This document shows, piece by piece, positions 18,630 to 26,190 of a stretch of DNA of 64,000 nucleotides. Numbering within the stretch: the stretch's first letter is position 1; every line of letters starts with the position of its first letter. The notes under the pieces were generated by a model. The model was not told the DNA's origin. It made no database searches and worked only from the letters and a program-made list of their open reading frames with translations. The translations under genes and the position numbers were made by a program. Origin of the DNA: an uncultured virus (IMG/VR IMGVR_UViG_3300034019_001883). Taxonomy: Duplodnaviria > Heunggongvirae > Uroviricota > Caudoviricetes. The DNA lies in the IMG/VR virus record IMGVR_UViG_3300034019_001883, positions 1 through 64,000 of that record; one strand, 5' to 3'.

Positions 18630-19903
18630 CATTTCTAAGATTCATGGGACGACTTTATACCTTGCAACGGCGCGATCGCTCCCTAGTCCTGTCCAAGGTT
18701 GCTAACGGCACAGTGGCGACCCGTGGCAGCACTGTTTTCCGGCTCAACAAAGATCATCAGTGGGAAGCGCTAAGCAAGGCAGGACGGCGGCGGCAACCCT
18801 CCCCAGGGCAGCTAGGCTTATTTGGTGGGCATAATGAGGGCGACACCAAAGTGGAAAATGGCGTCACCTATCGGCTGAATAGTCATAGTCGGTGGGAACG
18901 AATGGCTGGAAACGAGAAACAGGCGCAGACGAAAAGTATCGGCCAAGGCGTTAAAGTGGGAGACCAGTTTAACGCCCCGGAAATGTTTGACTTCTACCCG
19001 CAGACGTATGAAGTCAAAAGGGTGGAGGACGGGCTGGTTCATGTCGGCTACGCCAACAGCGGGATGTCCCACACCTCAATGCCTGAAGCATCATGGGAGC
19101 ATTTCAAAAATGATCTATCTGGCAAAGTTGAAGGACCTCCATCTAGCAACCCATTAATAAATGCTGTCATATCAGGAGAAGCAAAGCCGCTTGGCAAAGG
19201 CAACAGCGGACTTGTATTCCGCCATGAAGGGAAAATAATCAAAGTCGGCACCACCGTACCATTTCAGCCGCTTAATCCAGGGCATAGATCCCCTGAAGAG
19301 GCGATCGCAAACCTAAAGAAAGAGCATGATGTTTGTCAGCTACTAAGATCCAAGGGCGTCCCAGGAATCCCTAAGACAGAATTTATCGTCCACGGGGATA
19401 AAGGGTTTTTAATTAGAGACGAAATGGACATGCCTAATTCATTGACGCCGGAGCAATTAGACAAGGTAGATAAAATCGTTCGGCGCATTCATGGCGCTGG
19501 CTATGCCATCCAAGATGAAATCCAGGTAGGGCTTATCAACGGCGAACCTTATATGCTTGATGTGGGCGACGCCCAACCCTTAAAAGGAAAAACTAAGCAA
19601 GAAAAGCGTCAAAGAATACAAGACGATGAATGGCGACTCTCTGCACTCTTTAACAGAAACAAGATAGAGCATCTTATCTCTCAAGCAAAAGAAATAGTAA
19701 GCAATAGACGGCTGTACCGGGAGTTAGCAGGTGAATCTCTCCCCCCTCAAGTTAGGCCGAACGCTATTGAGGTCGCTGACCTGTTGGACGAAAAACTTAA
19801 GCAGCCAGCTCCAGATATTTCGGCAACCGCAAGGAAGGCTTTTTCTAAAGCAAGACGAGCGCAATCGAAAAAAGCGCTATCCCCTGGAGGTGCTGAACTG
19901 TGA
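18626..19903 (+). CDS. Leader-bearing protein with an atypical protein-kinase-like domain
   Basis: Leader LSKAGRRRQPSPGQLGLF...NGVTYRLNSHSRW; LGKGNSGLVF..KIIKVG..E..GIPK..IHGAGYAIQD..YMLDVG. Confidence 0.7.
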   Translation: MTFLRFMGRLYTLQRRDRSLVLSKVANGTVATRGSTVFRLNKDHQWEALSKAGRRRQPSPGQLGLFGGHNEGDTKVENGVTYRLNSHSRWERMAGNEKQAQTKSIGQGVKVGDQFNAPEMFDFYPQTYEVKRVEDGLVHVGYANSGMSHTSMPEASWEHFKNDLSGKVEGPPSSNPLINAVISGEAKPLGKGNSGLVFRHEGKIIKVGTTVPFQPLNPGHRSPEEAIANLKKEHDVCQLLRSKGVPGIPKTEFIVHGDKGFLIRDEMDMPNSLTPEQLDKVDKIVRRIHGAGYAIQDEIQVGLINGEPYMLDVGDAQPLKGKTKQEKRQRIQDDEWRLSALFNRNKIEHLISQAKEIVSNRRLYRELAGESLPPQVRPNAIEVADLLDEKLKQPAPDISATARKAFSKARRAQSKKALSPGGAEL

Positions 19904-20112
19904 TTAATTGGCGTTCCTACCTAGAAGGCGTCCGGGATGCGCTGTGTGCCTTCGATAAGCCTACCGCGTTCGATGTTCTGGAGTTAGCGATGCGCTTTAA
20001 CGAGACCGGCGATCGCGCTGACATTTACCAAGCCTGGCGCTCCATGTTTCCCCATTGGCGACCAACACGGGATATGGAGCGTCAAAGCTTCCAGCGTTGG
20101 GGCGTCGAATAA
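19900..20112 (+). CDS. Small hypothetical protein
   Basis: GGAGG RBS; GTGA and TAATG coupling. Confidence 0.6.
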   Translation: MINWRSYLEGVRDALCAFDKPTAFDVLELAMRFNETGDRADIYQAWRSMFPHWRPTRDMERQSFQRWGVE

Positions 20113-21143
20113 TGTGGTCCCCCCTTGCCCCCGATGACTTCAGCCAGTTTGAACCGACCGATATTATCGCGTTCCTGGATTGGTTTGAGCGACAGTACGA
20201 GGACGCGATCGCGCTTGGCATTGTCGATGGCTATGTGGAGGGGGTAACCGAACCCTATTTGGTGAATATCTCCACCGGCCAACCGATACCGGAGTGGGTA
20301 GCGACCGTCCTCAAGGTACGAGAGGTGGCCCAGTGGGCGTACCAACAACAGGAACCGATTGCCGCCCGCCTGCGCCGCAACTTGGCCGCCATCATCCCGG
20401 ATGACCAGGTGGCAGGCTACGCCGCCCGGTTCAGGGTGACACCGCAGGACATTGCTAACGTCCCCCCGGCGGTGAGGGAAAGCTTTAACCAGGGCGCTCG
20501 CTTTTCATTGGACTGGGTGAAACGCCTATCCGATGACGCCCGGGGCATGATGCGCGATGTGCTGGCGGTGGAGTCGCTAAAGAACCGTAACCCCGCCGGG
20601 GCCGTACCCATCCTTGAAAACCTATTGCGCCGCGATCTAATCGCCCAGGAGCTAGGCGCTGACCCTAGCGCTGTCACCCCGGCCATGGTGCAGGAGTGGT
20701 TGATTAATACCGAGTCACGGTTGTTAAATGCGATCGCGTCCCGGGCGCAGACCATCTCCCGCACCGAATCTATGCGGATGATGAACCTAGGCATCCTGGC
20801 CACGCTAGAGGCAAGCGGACAACGGTTGGCCTACGTCATGCCCCACGCGGGCTCCTGCGAGCATTGCCGCCGGTTGATTGACGGTCGCGTTTTTACAATA
20901 GAGGTGCTAAAGCGCAACCTATTTGCTAATTTTGGCGTTCGCCCTGATGCTTGGGTAGCCAGCCTACCTCAGCACCCTAACTGTCGCCATTCGGCTGGCA
21001 AGATACCGGTTAAATTCAGGCGCAAGCTTGTCAACCTGGACATCCCACCAGAGGGGCTGGTGCTGCAATACTACGGCTTGCCTGGCGGTAAAACATCCAT
21101 GGATGCCTTGGAACTGCCAGAGGTGGAATGGCTAGAGCCCTAG
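20112..21143 (+). CDS. MuF/SPP1 gp7-like minor head protein
   Basis: RAQTISRTESMR, CEHCRRLIDG and PQHPNCRH motifs. Confidence 0.8.
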   Translation: MWSPLAPDDFSQFEPTDIIAFLDWFERQYEDAIALGIVDGYVEGVTEPYLVNISTGQPIPEWVATVLKVREVAQWAYQQQEPIAARLRRNLAAIIPDDQVAGYAARFRVTPQDIANVPPAVRESFNQGARFSLDWVKRLSDDARGMMRDVLAVESLKNRNPAGAVPILENLLRRDLIAQELGADPSAVTPAMVQEWLINTESRLLNAIASRAQTISRTESMRMMNLGILATLEASGQRLAYVMPHAGSCEHCRRLIDGRVFTIEVLKRNLFANFGVRPDAWVASLPQHPNCRHSAGKIPVKFRRKLVNLDIPPEGLVLQYYGLPGGKTSMDALELPEVEWLEP

Positions 21144-21382
21144 CTAAGTCCCAGGATCGTCAGCCTGTCTTGATCGTAATCCTCTAATACTAGAACGCAC
21201 TCCGCTCCATTGCAGATGAAGTTGAGCGTGATCTGGGTATCTACATGACTCTTTAGCCATCGGGCTGCCACCGCCCCGCAGGCGCCATCCACGCCCTTAA
21301 AACGCAAGCGATCGCCATCGCTGACAATGTACAGCGCATTTTCTCCGGGAACATACCGAAAACTTTTGAGCGTCATGTGCAT
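21140..21382 (-). CDS. Hypothetical protein (KTSC-like short fold possible)
   Basis: 80 aa, divergent from the early operon; GGAGAAGG RBS. Confidence 0.5.
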   Translation of the reverse strand: MHMTLKSFRYVPGENALYIVSDGDRLRFKGVDGACGAVAARWLKSHVDTQITLNFICNGAECVLVLEDYDQDRLTILGLS

Positions 21383-21415
21383 GGCTAGCCCCTTCTCCGT
21401 GAAATCACTAGATTA

Positions 21416-21456
21416 TTGCATATTTGCTTGACCATTGCTTATTTGCAATATACTAT
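21416..21456 (+). promoter_or_regulatory. Sigma-70 promoter TTGACC-N17-TACTAT with two TTGC-N6-GC(A/T)(A/T) boxes
   Basis: -35 at 21428-21433, -10 at 21451-21456; boxes at 21416-21429 and 21435-21448. Confidence 0.75.
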
Positions 21457-21520
21457 TTGAAATGTGAGCCACGGGGTTCACGACACTCAAAAGACCACTC
21501 AAAAGACCACGGAGAAGACT

Positions 21521-21829
21521 ATGAAAAGCTTTATTGTTGCCACCCTGATCGCTACCCTGCTCCCCACCGCTGCCATGGCCACCACCGGGATGCCCGGGCG
21601 AGGCGGGGATGGGCACTGCCCCATCAAGGAGTTGGCCACAGACCCCGACTGCGCCCGCGAGGGCGCCCAATGGCGGGGCACTGGCCGGGAGCAAGCCAAG
21701 TCTAAGCGGGACGAATTCCCCCAGTGCCGAGCTAGCGGTGGCGGTCAGCAGACCGTCTACACCTGCAAGGGTAACCCCCGCAATGAGTTCCCTGGCGATC
21801 GCCCCCGGCAACCCCGCCACCTTGGCTAA
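21521..21829 (+). CDS. Small secreted Cys-containing protein with RGTGR motif (PatX-like)
   Basis: Signal peptide MKSFIVATLIATLLPTAAMA; WRGTGRE; GGAG RBS. Confidence 0.65.
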   Translation: MKSFIVATLIATLLPTAAMATTGMPGRGGDGHCPIKELATDPDCAREGAQWRGTGREQAKSKRDEFPQCRASGGGQQTVYTCKGNPRNEFPGDRPRQPRHLG

Positions 21830-21842
21830 TTGACTGACCCTT

Positions 21843-21872
21843 TGGGGCTGGCTTCGGCTGGCCCCCATTTCG
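21843..21872 (+). terminator. Hairpin with TTCG loop
   Basis: ggggctggc-ttcg-gctggcccc followed by attt. Confidence 0.55.
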
Positions 21873-21896
21873 TTTATTTAGGAGAACCAGGCAACT

Positions 21897-22664
21897 ATGG
21901 CAGACATTGATCCAAATTTGGCGATCGCACTCGCGTTAGAGGAGATCGCGGCATCCTTGAAGGCGATTGCGCTATCGGCAATACCCAAAAGTACTCAGCC
22001 CCTAGGCTTCCAGGCGGACGCCGGGCGGCCAGAGTTTATCTTTGCCAACCTTGTCAAAGGGAATGGCGATGGCTGGTATCGGCTACTGGAAAATAACCAA
22101 CAGGAAACCATGCCCCCTGCGTTCAGGGGTTTGGTGAAGGATTTGCGGTTTGTCCAGCGGGAACGGCGAGGCGAAGACGTTACCAAACTCGACTTGGTGA
22201 TGGAGGGTGAAGACGGCAAGACTTATATTTTCGAGTCTGGCGCCCAGTCATTTTTTAGCCGCTCCCTACTGACCGCCTTAAGCCTATGCCCTGTAGCTGA
22301 CTTACAGCAACCCATTCGATTGTTTAGCTACATTTCAGAGCTACAGACCGGCGACAAAACTCTAAACGTCAGCATCACCTCGCAATCCGGCAAGCTCCAA
22401 GCCAGCTGGAAGGCGGACGATGACTGGCGGGCGATCGCTACCGAGGCAAAAACCAGGGTTTACAAAGCCTTGGGCAAAGAAGCGCCAGCACCGGAACCCA
22501 CCACCCAACCAGCGGCACCGCCACCAACCCGCAATAGTCCCCCGGCAGGTAATCCACCTGGCGGAGCCCGCGATCGCATTGCCCAACGTGCCAACGCTAA
22601 GCCCGTCGCCGCCGGGGTGGACCCAGGGGCGGCAACTGATTGGGATACAGAACCCCCGTTCTAG
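21897..22664 (+). CDS. Putative single-stranded DNA-binding/annealing protein
   Basis: Beta-rich core, Pro/Ala linker, SSB-like acidic tail DWDTEPPF; AGGAG RBS. Confidence 0.5.
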   Translation: MADIDPNLAIALALEEIAASLKAIALSAIPKSTQPLGFQADAGRPEFIFANLVKGNGDGWYRLLENNQQETMPPAFRGLVKDLRFVQRERRGEDVTKLDLVMEGEDGKTYIFESGAQSFFSRSLLTALSLCPVADLQQPIRLFSYISELQTGDKTLNVSITSQSGKLQASWKADDDWRAIATEAKTRVYKALGKEAPAPEPTTQPAAPPPTRNSPPAGNPPGGARDRIAQRANAKPVAAGVDPGAATDWDTEPPF

Positions 22665-22672
22665 GAGTAGCC

Positions 22673-22867
22673 ATGAACCCCATAGAGTTATCGACTGAGG
22701 CAGAGTTTGCGATCGCCCAATTTCAGCGATCGCTAGAAAGCCTGGAGTTTACCCGGGAAAACTTCAACGAACTCAAGACCATCGCCCTTGGCTTAAAGCG
22801 TCTGGAGGCGGCCCAACGGGCGTTTCTGGTAGCTCAGGTAAAAGAGTCCTGGGGGAGGCCATTATGA
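22673..22867 (+). CDS. nblA: NblA-like phycobilisome degradation adaptor
   Basis: MNPIELSTEAEFAIAQF...VKESWG resembles NblA PIELSLEQQF...LKHQWG. Confidence 0.6.
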   Translation: MNPIELSTEAEFAIAQFQRSLESLEFTRENFNELKTIALGLKRLEAAQRAFLVAQVKESWGRPL

Positions 22868-23097
22868 CCAACCTCAACCGCCTAGTTGACTTAATGCGAC
22901 AAGCCCGACAGCGGGCAGTATCGGAGCGATCGCTAGTCATGCCCACTAGCTACTCATCGCGCCGTGGCGTTTCCCATGCTCTTCTCTGCTTGGACTGCAA
23001 GTTCTACAACCCTACCACTCAGGCGTACCTGCGGTGTGCAGTTCACCCCGAAGGACCACCGACAAGCGACACCTGCCCCGACAAGGAGGAGCGATGA
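22864..23097 (+). CDS. DUF6464-like cyanobacterial Cys-rich protein
   Basis: CLDCKF...YLRCAVHPEGP...CPDKE. Confidence 0.65.
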   Translation: MTNLNRLVDLMRQARQRAVSERSLVMPTSYSSRRGVSHALLCLDCKFYNPTTQAYLRCAVHPEGPPTSDTCPDKEER

Positions 23098-23636
23098 GGA
23101 GACTGTTATTGCTCGACCACACCGCCCTGGTGCAGCACCGGAATGGCCCCGGTGTCTACATCAACAACCGGGACGATATGACATTGGTTCCAGGCATTCT
23201 AGGCGCCCTAGAGCCCTACGTTGACAGGAACTACAACGTCGCCATCTGTAGCAACCAGGGCGGCGTCGAGAAAGGCCACCTAGCGTTCGGTGCTTGCCAA
23301 AACCTATTCGGTGAAATGTTCAAGCTGTCCAACTATTGGGTTCAGGCCATTTGGTTTTGCCCCCTAGCCCGGGGCAGCACCGGCAGTTATGCCATTCAAA
23401 TGACGATGCCCTACGAACCCAAGACCTATACCAAATGCCAAAAGTATGCCACCACCGGCTACCGGATGCCCCAGGCGGGCATGATTTTGGCCGCCATGGA
23501 CTGGTTTGGGGTAACGCCTGAGCAGACCACCATGGTGGGCTTACAGCCGGAGGCTTACTATGCCGCCGCTGATGCAGGCGTCAAAAAGTTTGTCCACAGT
23601 TCGTACTTTGTTGAAAAAGCGGGAGTATTGCAATGA
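23094..23636 (+). CDS. HAD-IIIA (GmhB/HisB-like) fold protein with degenerate catalytic motifs
   Basis: AICSNQGGV, WFCP, YRMPQAGMI, MVG...AAADAGV; AGGAGG RBS. Confidence 0.75.
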   Translation: MRRLLLLDHTALVQHRNGPGVYINNRDDMTLVPGILGALEPYVDRNYNVAICSNQGGVEKGHLAFGACQNLFGEMFKLSNYWVQAIWFCPLARGSTGSYAIQMTMPYEPKTYTKCQKYATTGYRMPQAGMILAAMDWFGVTPEQTTMVGLQPEAYYAAADAGVKKFVHSSYFVEKAGVLQ

Positions 23637-24751
23637 AATTTACAGTAGATGCGGGTGATCTGGCAGAGGCGATCGCGCTGTGCGATCGCGCTATCCCTAA
23701 GCGCCCTAGCCGCCCTATCCTGGGGCATATGCTAATGCAGCTAGACAATGGCAGTCTTATCCTAAAAGGGTTTGACGAGGCGCTAGGGATTAGCTTTTCC
23801 TTGCCAGTGGATATGGAGCAATCCGGTGATTGTTGCATATCTCCTACTTATCTAAAACCTATCCTGGAACGCCTATCCGGGCAGGTGGCCTTAGACCTGC
23901 AATACCCTGTCCTGGTGCTAACCACCCTGGGCGCCGAGTACCGCATTAACACCCTCCTGGCTGAGGACTACCCCAACTTGCCCGAGGTGGACGGCACCCC
24001 GGTAGAGTTGTCCATATCCTCAGAAGAACTACGGGCCGCGATCGCGGCTACGGTGTTCTGCGCCAGTACTGACGAAAGCAAGCAGGTACTTACCGGCGTT
24101 CACTTCTCCGTTACCCCCGGCGAAGGGGGGGAGGCAGGGGTGATGGAGTTAGCGGCCACCGATGGCCATCGGATGATCGCCTACCCGCTACCCGGTAGCG
24201 TTGTCATCCCCGATGACTATCGCCCCGTCACCCTGCCCGGGAAGAGCCTGCGGGAACTGCTAACCGTCCTGAAGGGCGAGGGTGCCGTCAAGCTGACGTT
24301 TGATGACGTGTCTGTGCGTGCCCTATGCGGCAACACCGAGCTCTATAGCCGGGTTATCGAGGGGCAATACCCTAACTACCGGCAGCTATTCCCCAAGGTG
24401 TTCTCAAAGGTGGCGACCTGCGATCGCAAGCCATTCTTAGCCGCCCTCGATCGCACCTTGGTGGTGGCCGGTGAAAACAAGGACATCGTTAAGCTGGAGT
24501 TTGACACCACTGGGCTGGTGATGAGTGCAGAGGCAAAAGAAGCGGCCAAAGCTCAGGAACATGTCGAGGGCGTAACCTGTAGCGAACCCATCACCCTAGC
24601 GGGGAACGGTAAGTACATCAAGGAGGCGCTAACCAATGCGATCGTGGGTGAAACCTTCACTATGGAAATGAATAAGCCAGAAAGCCCAGTGGTTTTTACA
24701 GATGGGTCCCCGGCGACCTATTTAATGATGCCCATTCAGATTAGGGGTTAA
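23633..24751 (+). CDS. dnaN: DNA polymerase III beta sliding clamp
   Basis: 372 aa; RPILG, EDYP.LP, VLTGVH, ATDGHR, SRVIEGQYPNYRQLFP, YLMMPIQIR. Confidence 0.95.
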   Translation: MKFTVDAGDLAEAIALCDRAIPKRPSRPILGHMLMQLDNGSLILKGFDEALGISFSLPVDMEQSGDCCISPTYLKPILERLSGQVALDLQYPVLVLTTLGAEYRINTLLAEDYPNLPEVDGTPVELSISSEELRAAIAATVFCASTDESKQVLTGVHFSVTPGEGGEAGVMELAATDGHRMIAYPLPGSVVIPDDYRPVTLPGKSLRELLTVLKGEGAVKLTFDDVSVRALCGNTELYSRVIEGQYPNYRQLFPKVFSKVATCDRKPFLAALDRTLVVAGENKDIVKLEFDTTGLVMSAEAKEAAKAQEHVEGVTCSEPITLAGNGKYIKEALTNAIVGETFTMEMNKPESPVVFTDGSPATYLMMPIQIRG

Positions 24752-24753
24752 CC

Positions 24754-24933
24754 ATGGACCTACAGCCCGGTTACGCGATCGCCTATCGTCCATCCACGGA
24801 AGAGCCCTGGCAGCAAGCGTCTGTCTTTGCGGTCATTGGCGACAAGGTGATGGTTAAGTTGCCCCTAGGCGGCAACACGTCCAGAATCGTCACGGTGGAC
24901 ATTGACAGTGGTTTGATAGGGCCACCGTTCTGA
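24754..24933 (+). CDS. Small hypothetical protein (59 aa)
   Basis: MDLQPGYAIAYRP...; fills the gap; TGATG coupling. Confidence 0.55.
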   Translation: MDLQPGYAIAYRPSTEEPWQQASVFAVIGDKVMVKLPLGGNTSRIVTVDIDSGLIGPPF

Positions 24934-25673
24934 TGCAGGAGTTTTACATAGGCTGGCATCAGCCCGTCAACGGCCTGTCTGGCTGCGGGGATTTTCCCCG
25001 GTGCATGGTGTCAGTCAATCGACTTCTAAGGCGTCGCTCTCCCTTCCCGGTTCAGTCCTGGATATTGGATAGCGGCGCTTTTACTCGCATTGCTGGCGGA
25101 CAAGGGCACCTGCCATTAGAAGACTATGCCAAAGAGATCCGGCGATGGGCAAAAAACGGCAACCTTGTGGCAGCTGTGGCACAGGACTATATGTGTGAAC
25201 CATTTATCCTTGGCAAGACCGGGCTAACAATCCAAGACCACCAACGGCTAACCATAGAGAACTACGATCGCCTGCTTGCCCTAAATACCGGCGTCTATAT
25301 CATGCCAGTATTACAGGGCTACTCTCCCGCTGACTACGTTAGACACCTGCACGATTACGGCGATCGCTTGCACCATGGACAATGGGTAGGGGTGGGTTCT
25401 GTCTGCAAGCGAAACAGCAGCCCTGGGGCAATTGAAGCCGTCTTGATGGCGATTAAGGCGGCCCGCCCCGATCTGAGGTTGCACGGGTTTGGCGTTAAGA
25501 AGACCGCCCTAGAATCTTCAATTGTGTGGGACTTACTTTACTCAGCAGACAGCCAAGCCCATAGCTTTGCAGCACGGATGGAGAACCGAAACGCCAATTG
25601 CCCAAAGGTTGCGCTTAATTACGCCAAAGGCATCGGCAGCCCCTTGCAGGCATCCATATTTTCAACGTTCTGA
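24933..25673 (+). CDS. DpdA-like/TGT-fold 7-deazaguanine DNA insertion enzyme
   Basis: WILDSGAFT, QDYMCEP, MPVLQG, VGVGSVCKR, LHGFGVK, YSADS. Confidence 0.7.
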   Translation: MQEFYIGWHQPVNGLSGCGDFPRCMVSVNRLLRRRSPFPVQSWILDSGAFTRIAGGQGHLPLEDYAKEIRRWAKNGNLVAAVAQDYMCEPFILGKTGLTIQDHQRLTIENYDRLLALNTGVYIMPVLQGYSPADYVRHLHDYGDRLHHGQWVGVGSVCKRNSSPGAIEAVLMAIKAARPDLRLHGFGVKKTALESSIVWDLLYSADSQAHSFAARMENRNANCPKVALNYAKGIGSPLQASIFSTF

Positions 25674-25685
25674 TGCCGCACCCAA

Positions 25686-25726
25686 AACAAAACACCCCGG
25701 CCAAATGACGACCGGGGTGTTTTGTT
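25686..25726. terminator. Bidirectional terminator
   Basis: aacaaaacaccccgg...ccggggtgttttgtt between convergent genes. Confidence 0.8.
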
Positions 25727-25738
25727 GCTTGGATGACG

Positions 25739-26008
25739 CTATTCAACCTCAGCCTTCCTAAGAGCTTGCCAAATGTCTTGAAAATCAGTCTCTTCCTCAA
25801 GGTTAATAGGCTCGCACTCTTCTAACGCGGCTAAAGCTTGGGCGGCATAATACTCGCCAGAGGCGTAATCGTCAAAGATTTTGATAACAGTAGGGCTTAC
25901 GTTTTCGGCCATTAACCCAGAATAGGGATTAACGTTTGTGTCAGCATTTAACCGAGAAAAAGCTTGATTGATTTGAGTGGCATAGTCAGCAGCAGTAGCA
26001 GTAGTCAT
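25739..26008 (-). CDS. Small acidic antisense hypothetical protein with its own promoter
   Basis: MTTATAADY...; GGAG RBS; consensus promoter. Confidence 0.7.
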   Translation of the reverse strand: MTTATAADYATQINQAFSRLNADTNVNPYSGLMAENVSPTVIKIFDDYASGEYYAAQALAALEECEPINLEEETDFQDIWQALRKAEVE

Positions 26009-26040
26009 AATTGGTAACTCCAAGTGGTTCAACAATTTCA

Positions 26041-26082
26041 ATTGTAAAAGACCTTTATCGTATTGTCAACACTTTTCGATAA
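26041..26082 (-). promoter_or_regulatory. Sigma-70 promoter TTGACA-N17-TACAAT with a TTATCG...CGATAA inverted repeat
   Basis: -35 at 26064-26069, -10 at 26041-26046; homologous to 14235-14275. Confidence 0.8.
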
Positions 26083-26190
26083 ATTAGTTAAACCGCCGCG
26101 ATCGCGTGTCAACCCAACCATTTCTCGAACCTACGCTAAGATAGGCATAGCGTAGGCATAATTTATTTTTTCCTAGTCCGTATCTCCTCC

